A DNA stretch of 62,482 bases, the filler included, from Folioceros fuciformis (taxonomy: Eukaryota): assembly GCA_049999805.1 (NCBI GenBank). It is 3 parts of 2 records of this genome, joined end to end, with 100 filler letters (N's around TTAATTAATTAA, not from the genome) between each part and the next. Parts side by side here need not be neighbours in the genome. Positions count along the whole stretch, not along the records: positions 21,363 to 50,767 come from JBNGIO010006284.1; 2 more parts are not named here. One strand, 5' to 3'. Below are positions 34,801 through 44,691 of this stretch, one piece after another (the first letter of the stretch is position 1; each line of letters opens with the position of its first letter). The translations under genes were made by a program, and so were the position numbers. Below the pieces are notes generated by a model. The model did not search any database, had not been told where the DNA came from, and saw only the letters and a program-made list of their open reading frames with translations.

Positions 34801-35989
34801 TCTTTAGTATTCAATAAGGGCTTATCAACTAAGATATTGTCAAGTGAGCGCCTTTCTTGAGGTCTAAGAGTATTTCAAGGGCCACAACAATTTTCTCTTA
34901 TGTTGGATTAATTGTTTGTAATAGACTTAGTAGTTTCATGCCAACTGTATGTTAGGACTATCATAGGAAGATTGTACTGATACATGATTGGATGTATGAT
35001 GGTATGGGCGTACAATAGGATAAAGAATTTTATTAGTGTAGCTTTTATCGAGGATAATGGGATACATGTAGCCCTCCCTTGCTTAACATTCTTATGGCCT
35101 AGGGGTATTTCAATGACCACAACACAATTTCTATTGTATTTGATTAATTGTTTGTAATAGACTCGAGAGTCTCATGCTAGTTGCATGTTGTCAATGCTTG
35201 ATGGTGGTGTCTTAATTAAACAAGTCATGGTTATTAATTTTGTTAGTAAGTATATTACTTTAACTTGACCATCTTCTATCACTTTTTGGATAAAGATAAT
35301 TTAGAGTTCTAAGTTTATTTTCACATGAACCTTGGAGTTGTAGGAGAGTGCAATAGCACTTTATTTATCACTATGTAGTAGCCTTAGTATTAAATGCACT
35401 TCATACAATTCAAATCATTAGAGTAGTTATCATAAGTTGTCATTGCTAGCATAAGTCACTTCAGCTTCAATCAGGCTAAGTGCTACTAATTGTTGTTGTT
35501 TACTGCTTTAGCTTGGTGTTGATTCCCAAGTATGTATACAAAGTCACTTATGTTGCTCTTATCAATAAGATTCTTGCTTAATTGACATAACTATACATTA
35601 GTTCTATAAATATACATAGTAGCTAAATTTATAGCGATACAGTTTAGTAATTATGAAAATTTGTAAAATAATTTCATAACTACCTTACTTATTAGATAAT
35701 TGATATTGTCAGGATTTCTATGTCAAATGTTGCCTTCAAGGATCTATATACTCACTTAGTAAGTTTTTAATAGGCTTGATTTAAAATAATTAGGAATTGG
35801 GATAAGGTACATTAAACTTTTAATGTTTAGGGTTTTGGTGGTTCATACATGTTGAAATGAGTTGCGAAATGAGTTGCCTATGAATGGTTTCCTTTTCCAC
35901 TAAGTTTCAGATTAGCCTCAATATAAGTAACTAAGAGAAATGAGCTTGGTTTCTAATATATTGTACTTAAATACGTAGACAAAATAAAT

Positions 35990-36275
35990 GTTATTGATAA
36001 GTAATTATGAAATGAATGTCATAAAATGAATGTTTATCTAAACCCTATTATTGATAAGTAATTATGAAATGAATGTCATAAAATGAATGTTTATCTAAAC
36101 CCTAAAATTTATCATCCCATAATGGGAATGGGATTGTGTTTTAAGTACCGCTAGCACGTGGTATGTGTTTTAGTAATACTGGCATATGGGATGTGTTTTA
36201 GTAGCACTGGCACATTGGATGATGGATCTTATGGGATGTGTTTTAGTAGCAGTGGCACATTGGATGATGGATCTC
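35990..36275. repeat. Two short tandem duplications next to an N gap: ~57 bp x2 (AT-rich), and ATGGGATGTGTTTTAGTAGCA.TGGCACATTGGATGATGGATCT-type units
   Basis: ttattgataagtaattatgaaatgaatgtcataaaatgaatgtttatctaaaccct occurs twice (35991, 36048). A ~46-bp unit occurs twice, plus partial copies, at 36120-36275. Confidence 0.85.
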
Positions 36276-36427
36276 ACGTTAGAAATGCTGTCCATATAGC
36301 NNNNNNNNNNNNNNNNNNNNNNNNNNNNNNNNNNNNNNNNNNNNNNNNNNNNNNNNNNNNNNNNNNNNNNNNNNNNNNNNNNNNNNNNNNNNNNNNNNNN
36401 TATCGAACTTATCTCTTATCGAAATTC

Positions 36428-36817
36428 CTAGCTATTTGTAGCAAAAGGCAGGCAGCTGCACCAGTAGTACAATTGGGCAGGCTCTTTACCATCTCGGACG
36501 ACCGCAGCTGTCATGTTCAGCAACGATTCTTTGTTTATATGCTGGCTCGCAACTGGAGTCAGCAGGTCGGATATTTTAACGTTCAATGGACGACCATCTA
36601 GCTTTCCCAGGCTGATGGCCACGTTCTCCATGGAAGCTAAGCTCCCCGAGAAGTGCTGGAAGCCAGCCAACCTTGTCAGGATGGCCCCCAAGGGCAACAC
36701 CAGGAAGCTCAGAAGGAGATCTACGAACTCCTTGCCAGCTTCCATGTAGAGCACCTGCTTCGTTCGCGCGTGCCTCAAAATCCTCACAACCATCTTGGAT
36801 CCATTACCCGACGCCAT
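36428..36817 (-). CDS. DUF674 family protein, copy 1 (N-terminal part only; truncated or pseudogene)
   Basis: MASGNGSKMVVRILRHARTKQVLYMEAGKEFVDLLLSFLVLPLGAILTRL matches the DUF674 signature EAGKDFVD.L.SFL.LPLG. The frame stops at 36428, about 30 bp before an N gap. Confidence 0.75.
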   Translation of the reverse strand: MASGNGSKMVVRILRHARTKQVLYMEAGKEFVDLLLSFLVLPLGAILTRLAGFQHFSGSLASMENVAISLGKLDGRPLNVKISDLLTPVASQHINKESLLNMTAAVVRDGKEPAQLYYWCSCLPFATNS

Positions 36818-37471
36818 CCCAATCCTCAGCAAGAGACTGACCGAGCAGGGTTCGCTTCTGCGCCTACTTTTGGAGATGCCAGCGGGCTGACTAAATACCC
36901 AGTAAGGTCCGTCGCATTGGAAGGCATTCAATTTCCAACCACCTTGAGATCAGCATCAGATTTACAGTTTTGAAGATGCAAAACAGTTGTACAGTGCTTA
37001 ACTGTGTTTAGTTACCGCATCTGTCCGGACGAGATTTGCTCCGGTCTGTTTGTGTATCATACGTTAACCTTTTCATCATAATCCATCATCCATCAAAGAC
37101 TTCGTTATTTGGTCCCAGTCAAACGCGGCCCAGTCCCAAATGACTCCATTCAGTTCACTTGAAGGTTCTGAGGCCCGATGACTGTGGACACCAAATCCGA
37201 AGCGACAGAGAACAGAGAACTCTTGTCAGAACAGAGTGTGGAAGAGAACAGAGTTCTCTTCCACACTCTGCAACAGCTATGGCCATTGACAGCGAAAGAA
37301 ACCAAGCAAACTAAACCAAAACAAAAAATCATGCAAAAATCTCATAGCCTATTACAGCTAGCTTGGATTGGCCATTCTCTGCAGAGCAGAACAGCAAGCA
37401 TGTATGCTCGCCTCCAAATCCGAAGACTCTGCACCCAATTTACAGAGGGAATACTGGTGCGATTATAACGT

Positions 37472-38358
37472 CTACGGACGATCCTTTGCAGGCCCAAACA
37501 CTTCATTTAACACATTCCGAGAAGTGAAGGACTTCGCCAGAAGTGCCAGGGCCTGCAGGGGTTGGCACGCAAAACGATGAGGTTGGCAAAGTTATCATCT
37601 TGATTCCGAGGGGAAGCGCGGATGGGCAAAACGGCAAAAGCACAAAGCAAATGCAGAGATCGAATGCCTTTCTTTCGTTTCACATTGCAGATGCTGAGAT
37701 CGTATTACCTCCTCGGCCCCAACACCAGCTTCATAGCTCTCAAGCTCTTGCATGTTCTGTATCTCCAATTTGCTCAACAAGTCGATGCTCTGTATAGTCG
37801 ACGTAGGCGAGATCTGCAAGTCATCAGTCACGATGAAGGTGGAATTCTTCTTCACGAATCCCTTCGTGCGAAGGGGTACTACCTTGTCGGTGGGCTGTGG
37901 GACCTCATTCATGTAAACCTGTCGCGTCATTGGCAATCGGCAAGAAGGACATGGAGATAAGGTCTTGGTTGTTATCCATATATTGGTACAGGCGTAGCTG
38001 CACCGGTAGTACAACTGAGGGCAAGCAGGTTTCTTTTCATCTACGGCAGCCTTCAGCTGCAACAGCGATGCTTTGCTGATATGCTCGCTCGCAATTGGGG
38101 TCAGCAGATCGGATTTCTCAACATACAATGCACGGCCATCCAGCTTTCCCACGCTGCTGGCCACGTTGGCCAAAGAAGCTAGAGTCCCCGAGAATTGCTC
38201 CAAGCTACCCAACCTTGTCAAATGGTCCCCACGGGCAACACCAGGAAGCTCAGTAGGAGATCCACAAAATCCTTGCCGGCTTCCATGTAAACCACCCGCT
38301 TGGTGCACACGTTCCTCAAAATCTTTACAGTCATCTTGGGTCCACTACCCGACGACAT
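37472..38358 (-). pseudogene. DUF674 family protein, copy 2, two exons, with a 1-bp frameshift at ~38220
   Basis: YMEAGKDFVDLLLSFLVLPVGTI, then ATT TGA where copy 1 has ATC CTG ACA. Continues in another frame with YYRC..CPSC..M..GFVK..TFIVTDDLQISP. Intron ~37708-37556; last exon ALALLAKSFTSRNVLNEVF. Confidence 0.85.
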
Positions 38359-38913
38359 CGTACCCCAGTCTCCTGCAAGCGAGCAACCCAGAAGAAACGC
38401 GAGCAAGCGAGGACTGCAAGCAACGTAAATTTGCCTCTGTGCCTTGACAATTTTGAGACGCAGCGGGCCGACTATATACCCGATCAGGTCCATCACGTTG
38501 GACAGCATTTAATTTCACACGAGCTTCCGATCACCAGATTAGATTTTCGCAGGTTTGCAACTGCAGAGTGCACATCCCTAGGATGCACAGTGTTTACTAG
38601 CCCAGCAAATTGGTTTCTCCAATTCAACTGTTAGGAATGTCATCATCAGCCATCAGCCATTGGACATCGAAGACAACGTGGTCTATGCTGCGACCAAAAT
38701 CCATCCAATGAAAGAGATGAAGTCTGTTAATTGACATCAAAACGAGATTTTCCTGAAAATTTTTACATAAATCGATTATTGTCAGGAGCTCTCAAACGTC
38801 ACAATATGAGAGGGCGCGTTCTGTTTCTCCCTGCAGCAATCGCGTGCTGATCGCGACAGAGAGTCCTGCTCGATTCCTGTCAATGGTGTTCATCAACGTG
38901 TGAGACTTCCCGC

Positions 38914-39147
38914 ATGGCAACAAAAGCCCTCTATAAGTTGCTGGAAGTATGTACTTTGTTCGGGGCGGACACCGTCGTGGTGCCATTAATGTTTTGCAAG
39001 CTGGTGAGCATTCAATGCGTGGCACAATCGTCCATCAACACGGCTGGTAGGTGTGACTACCATATTGGCCATATCCCCAACCGCTTTCACCATCGATCTC
39101 TGGCCTGTCGATTCCACAACGGGAATCGACAGGCCATTGACTTGTAA
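38914..39147 (+). pseudogene. Degenerate paralog of the secreted peptide gene at 40769
   Basis: Same start context (ttccc.cATGGC) and shared IQCVAQ.S.NT.G and FH.R.LAC.FH. Insertions, and TAA in place of a Tyr codon before the SPPC motif. The 3' flank at 39235-39380 resembles 41072-41220. Confidence 0.75.
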
Positions 39148-40768
39148 GGGAATTCACCACCATGTGCCGTAGCGTAAGGGGAAACAGTGGTAAATGAAGA
39201 TGGAGCTGCATCCAGTTCGTCATGCCTAGGCTTGGTGATATGCATTTAATTCCTGAACTTGGGGGCCATAACATGCAAGACGGCAAGGTTTATTCTGAGG
39301 CATTCACAACGGCGACGTCTTCAATGCTTGTTTTACAGCTCGAGACTATTGTGGCTGTCTTGCCATTGCTATGCTCTACCTAGTACATACTCACACACAG
39401 CAAGATTGGTAATTAAATCCTAGACTATGCACATCTGAGAGGCATTCTGCAGACCACACACAACCCGATCCAAAATCAAAACAGTTTGATGCAAAATACT
39501 AACAGGCGGTTCTGATCGCCGCTTCTTCTTAGAGCTTGTCTTGGCCACTCTCTCCTCAACAGGTCCTCGATATCGAAGCTGAAAATCGGTTTCAGGTTCG
39601 ATGTCGAGGACCCACTTGCTGTACAGCGAGTGGAGAAGCAACGAGAACGAGGAGCAGCAGGAGTAGCATACCCTGCAGTCATGCAATGCCATGTTCGATG
39701 CCCATACTACGCCCAGCTATCCAGCAGGAGCTCGAACGGAATTGGAGTGTTTAGTCCAATGTGAACAGTGGCAGCATTTAATCTTACACCAGCTTCAGAT
39801 CACCAGTAGCTTTTGCTGTTTTGTAGCTGCAAGAAGGACAGCTCTAAATGCACAGTGATTACAACCCAAGCGAATTGGTTTATCTACCGCATCGAGAGTC
39901 GGTGTGCTAAACAAGTGTGTAACCTGTTGGGATTTTCGTTAACACCCGTAGGAAATCGAAGACATCGTTCGTTGGTCTAAGTCTATGCTGCCAGGAAAAT
40001 GTCATCGTACGAAAGGGATATCTTCTAAGCAAACAAGTATGTTGAACTTCAGTCAAGAACTTCGTTCTGGAGAGTTCAAATTATGCTGAACCTTGCTGTA
40101 CAACAAGCTTGTTGTGCATTTGAATGAATTCGATCACCGACAGAGGATGGAAGCTCCTACTTGTGTGCAGAGAGATAATGGCTTCGCCAATACAGGACAG
40201 GTCGTGCTATGGACCTCCAGAGCTCCAGCAGAGCAAGAACACCTTGGAGACTGAGAAACAGCCAGTGATACAAAGACACCATAAAGTGACAAGGCTCTCC
40301 TCCCGAGGACGGGGCTGACCTCTGCTAGATGTTGACTAGCACACTGCCCGGACATGCTGGATGCCGAGTGCCAATGAGCCCATCCGCGAGGACAGGCATC
40401 GCATATCCATGTCCACAAGGAAGGTGATATGCTGTACGGTTCCCAAATTCCATTCGAAGGGTGGAGCCGAAGCCGAGGTCATCTCTCCTGTCCATTCGTC
40501 CATGTCCGCCCCTGGTCAAAGTTGAGCAACCCAAAAAGACTTGTGAAACATACAAAAGACGCCAGCAGGCAATGTGACAACAACAACAACAACAGCCTTC
40601 CAGAAGCTACTCCAGGCATTCGTGGCGGCTAACAACGCGGAAGAGAAAGGAGACGAAGCCGATAGAGAAACACGGAAGAAAACCTGGTATGTACCGTGCC
40701 GGCCTTGCTTGTCTGAATGGCAATGCCTGAGCTCATGGACGTGTTTCGTGCTGTTGCAGCCTTCCCAC

Positions 40769-40993
40769 ATGGCGAAACTGGCAACAATTGTGGTGATTCT
40801 GCTGGTCACGATGGTAGGCATTCAATGCGTGGCACAACCGTCCAGCAACACTGGTGGGTCCCAGGTGACCGACCACTTTCACCGTCGACTCCTGGCCTGT
40901 GGATTCCACAGGCCATGCTATTACGGAACTTCACCACCGTGTAACTTCCCGTACCACTGTTCCCCGCCTCCACCTCCAAGCCCCATATATTAG
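40769..40993 (+). CDS. Putative secreted Cys/Pro-rich peptide precursor (74 aa)
   Basis: MAKLATIVVILLVTMVGIQCVA (signal-peptide-like), short pro-region, RRLL, then ACGFHRPCYYGTSPPCNFPYHCSPPPPPSPIY. A candidate 5'-UTR intron GTATGT..TTGCAG at 40687-40759 ends 9 nt before the ATG. Confidence 0.7.
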   Translation: MAKLATIVVILLVTMVGIQCVAQPSSNTGGSQVTDHFHRRLLACGFHRPCYYGTSPPCNFPYHCSPPPPPSPIY

Positions 40994-41305
40994 CTTCCTG
41001 AATGTTAGACAGCCCGGTGGGGTCACGGGAGCAGCCAAAGCTGGAATTGCATCAGCTCATGCCAGGCTAGCTGATATGCATTTTGTTATTTTCCTTCGGG
41101 GCCGTAGCTTGTAAGACTGCAAGGTTTCTGCTAAGCAGTCACAAAAGCGATGCGTTCAATTCTCAATGCGACGTTGATTTGCAATTTGGGTGTGGCTGTC
41201 TGGGCATGCTGTCTACTTACGGGGTATGGTACGCCATGGCTGGCCCGCTTCCGCCAGTGCCCATGCAAACGACTGCATCACCCCTTGTAGTCTTGCACTG
41301 TCGAG

Positions 41306-43750
41306 TCAAGATGGATACCCTTTTGTCTTCATTCTGGGAGCAAGTTGCCTCAGCATGGCGTATATGGCTTCCATGCCAGGATGCCTTTTGTCCCCCACTG
41401 AAAAACTGTGCACCACTCCGTCCATGTCTGTCCACCAGCTCTGGCCTGGCTGCTTCCATGCGATGCCTTTCCTCTTTGCCTGCATCTCGAGAACGCCCTC
41501 CCAAATCTGAGCATTGGTGTATATGTTGGACATCAACACATATGCTGCGGCATCTGCCTCGTCTAGCTTCACTACTTCATTGAAAGCATGGCGACCCACC
41601 TCCACATTGCTCCATTTGTGACAGGCACCCAGCAGAGTGCGCCAAACTGCGGCATGGGGCTGGACTGGCATGGTTCTTACCACCGCAAGTGCCTCCACAA
41701 GATGGCCTGCTCGACCCAGGAGGTCCACCATGCATGAGCAATGCTCCGGGGTGGGCTTGATGCCAAACTGGCTGCTCATATTCTCGAAGTACTCTCGTCC
41801 CTTGTTCACAAGACCCACATGGCTGCACACTGTAAGTACACTAAGGAACGTGACGCTGTCAGGCTGTAAGCCATCTCCTCTCATTTGCTGAACCAGGTTG
41901 AAGACCATCTGACTGTCTCCTTGACGAGAGTATCCTGCGATCAACGCATTCCAGGAGAATCTATCCCTTTCAGACAATTCGTCAAACACCTGTTGTGCGT
42001 CACCCATGCTCCCGGATTTTGCATACATGTTTATTAAACTGGTGGCTACAAGCACATCAGCTTGAATCCCTTCTCTTTCAATCTCAGCGTGAAGTTGCCT
42101 TCCCAGATGCAAGGCTGCCACGCTTGCACAGGCTTGAAGGAGGGAAACAAAAGTTACAGAATCAGGAGAGCTGATCCCCTCTTGCTGCATACTGCTGTAC
42201 AGACGAAGGGCCTCCTGGCCCTTGCCTTGCTGGGAGTATCCTGCTAGCATGGCATTCCACGTCACAACAGTTTTCTGAGAAAGCTTGTCGAACACACTCT
42301 CAGCATCCTCTAAGCTGCCACACTTAGCATACATGTTTACGAGGCTGCATCCTACAACCACATCAGCTTGGAGTCCTCGTTCTTCAATCTGTCCGTGAAT
42401 CTGTTTCCCTTTCTGCAACGCCACAGTACCCACACTCGCACATGCTTGCAGGACGCACACAAAAGTCACAGAATCCGGAGTCACAATGGCTTCTTCTTGC
42501 ATACTGCTGTACAGCTGAAGGGCATCCTGACCCCTTAACTGCTGGGAATACCCTCCAATAATGGCATTCCAAGTCACCACATCTTTTTGACGAAGGCCGT
42601 CAAACACACGTTGAGCATCCTCCAGACTGCCACACTTTGAGTACATGTTTATCAGGTTATTGCCTATTGTCACATCATCTCGAAGTCCTAGCTCTCCAAT
42701 CTGAGAATTGAGCAGCTTTCCTGTGCCCAGAGCGGTAGTACCCACACTGGCACACGCCTGCAACAGGCACAGAAATGTCACAGAATCTGGTGGAGTGATG
42801 CCTTCTTCTCGCATGGCACTGTACAGATCAAGGGCTTGCTGACCCATGCCCTGCTGGGAATACCCTGCAATCAGAGCGGTCCATGTCACCACATCTTTCT
42901 TAGAAAGTCCGTCAAACACCCTCCGAGCATTTTCCAAGCTGCCACACTTTGCATACATGTCCACTAAGCAACTACAAACAAACAGATCAGGCTCAACCCC
43001 ACTGGACTCCACATCAGCATGCACCTGCTGACCAGTGCTCAAGTCTACTACTCGTGCACAAGCCTGCAGTGCTGCCACGAAGACGTGACCATCCGGCTTC
43101 ACACTTGTCCTGCGCATCTGATGATACAGTTGTATGGCCTGCTGAGCTTGTCCGCGTTTGACATGCGCAGCTATAATGCAAGACCATGCGAACGCATCTG
43201 GTTTCCAAACCATGGTGAACACATCCATCGCTTCCTGCAGCATTGCATGAGAAGCATACATTCGCAGAATATGATTGCACAAGAACGTGTCCGACTCATA
43301 CCCTTTCTTCACGCTCAGACCATGCACTCGCCGACCCAGCACCAAATCCTTCCTCGACACACATTCTTTCAGGACGACATGAAAGAGAGATCGAGAAACT
43401 CGACACTGTACCCGCACCAGAACTCCCAGAGCCTCAACCGCCTCCTTCACCTGCTTCTGCTGACATAGCTCGCTCACAGTTTCAGCCGTCACGCTCCATC
43501 CTGTAGGCCTGGCAGGGTCAGGACTACCCTGCAAGCTCCAGTTGGATGCAAAATCTGTTCCACCCATCTGCGTACCCAGAGCGATCGGACACATGGAACG
43601 ATTCTTCTTCCTCTTCCTCTTCCTGCTGTCCCACCTCCATGTTGGGCGGGCTGGAACTCTCACTCCAGTTTCTGTCAGCCCACCAATTTGCTGACCCTGA
43701 CCCCACGACAGGTGCATGTCCTGTCGTTGACGGGAAGAATCGAGCCCCAC
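41306..43750 (-). CDS. PLS-class PPR protein with WW-type C-terminus, ending before the deaminase core
   Basis: 814-aa ORF, close paralog of 11533-14142; ends AWKQPGQSWWTDMDGVVHSFSVGDKRHP..IY..L..L...MKTKGYPS*. Start uncertain (track uses GTG; first ATG at ~43717). Confidence 0.95.
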   Translation of the reverse strand: MGLDSSRQRQDMHLSWGQGQQIGGLTETGVRVPARPTWRWDSRKRKRKKNRSMCPIALGTQMGGTDFASNWSLQGSPDPARPTGWSVTAETVSELCQQKQVKEAVEALGVLVRVQCRVSRSLFHVVLKECVSRKDLVLGRRVHGLSVKKGYESDTFLCNHILRMYASHAMLQEAMDVFTMVWKPDAFAWSCIIAAHVKRGQAQQAIQLYHQMRRTSVKPDGHVFVAALQACARVVDLSTGQQVHADVESSGVEPDLFVCSCLVDMYAKCGSLENARRVFDGLSKKDVVTWTALIAGYSQQGMGQQALDLYSAMREEGITPPDSVTFLCLLQACASVGTTALGTGKLLNSQIGELGLRDDVTIGNNLINMYSKCGSLEDAQRVFDGLRQKDVVTWNAIIGGYSQQLRGQDALQLYSSMQEEAIVTPDSVTFVCVLQACASVGTVALQKGKQIHGQIEERGLQADVVVGCSLVNMYAKCGSLEDAESVFDKLSQKTVVTWNAMLAGYSQQGKGQEALRLYSSMQQEGISSPDSVTFVSLLQACASVAALHLGRQLHAEIEREGIQADVLVATSLINMYAKSGSMGDAQQVFDELSERDRFSWNALIAGYSRQGDSQMVFNLVQQMRGDGLQPDSVTFLSVLTVCSHVGLVNKGREYFENMSSQFGIKPTPEHCSCMVDLLGRAGHLVEALAVVRTMPVQPHAAVWRTLLGACHKWSNVEVGRHAFNEVVKLDEADAAAYVLMSNIYTNAQIWEGVLEMQAKRKGIAWKQPGQSWWTDMDGVVHSFSVGDKRHPGMEAIYAMLRQLAPRMKTKGYPS

Positions 43751-44691
43751 ACCCCGAACAGAGGGAGCACACGATCATGTGAGATGCGTCTTCTCCCTCC
43801 GTCTTTCAGTGACATTGTCCAACATAGGTGTTGCTGGGAGCGTGATACATGTACAGTATGTTGCACCAGTTTCCTCGTTAGATGGTGCACCAGTTTCTTC
43901 TATATATGTTACACCAGGTTCTTCTATATATGTACTGTATGTTGCACCAGTCCTACAAATGTATCTGCCTGTGAGCTAGTCAGAGATCACGATAACTTGA
44001 AAATTCGGATCCTGGTACATCGAGATACAGACTCATTTAGGGTGGTCTGGATCTGAACAAAACGTTTGCCAGGCGGACACCATTTGCCATGACGATCTCT
44101 GCAGCACATCGGACGCGGCGGAGAAAAACTGTTGCCGATCACCGTCGGGAGCTGGGACTGCAGGAGAAGCTTGAACAGACGAAAAGGAGGTGGATCTCAT
44201 CTGCATGGCCTTGCCAAGTTTGTTCAGGAGCGGCGGAGGAGCAGTTCCTTCAAGAGAAGTAGGACGATTTTGTTGTTGTTGTTGTCTGGCTTTTGCAGAT
44301 GGATTCTGAAAGAGATGAAAGTTTTGTATCATGAATGTTACAGATTCACTCCTCTGAGGTCCCAGGATTCAAGACGTGACTGTAAGGGTTCTATCTCGTT
44401 CGGTCTAATAGAGTGAGAATGCTTGTTGCCTCTCATTCTGTGTTCCGGTGTTCAAATTGTTGAGAACCGTCATGCAGGCAAGGTTCTTAGAAAGTCATAC
44501 ATAAAGGGTCCTGATGCAATCCGTCCTTGCCTTGGCAGTCCAGATATCTGTATGATCTTGTAGGGTTTGAATGATCATCTGGCTTGATGCGCCTTTCCAG
44601 CTTTCGTTTTTGCCGAGGGATGAAGGGAGGCAGGCAAGGGTATTGATCGTAAGGTGTCCCTGTTCTGACAGTCCAGATTATCAGAAACGTT

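Noticed and set aside
34820-35990. AT-rich region as organellar DNA or a gene
   Set aside because: No rRNA, tRNA or organellar gene motifs; it looks like CpG-depleted decayed repeat sequence.
40769-40993. Calling the peptide a RALF
   Set aside because: It shares RRxL and four Cys but lacks YISY and RGC, has different Cys spacing, and carries a poly-Pro tail.
43509-43778. Alternative first exon (ATG 43778, poly-Glu frame) spliced into the third PPR through a 67-nt intron
   Set aside because: The frames would fit, but the supposed intron translates in the PPR frame to ASNW..P.RPTGW, which aligns with AKW..P.RPAGY in the paralog, so it is probably coding.
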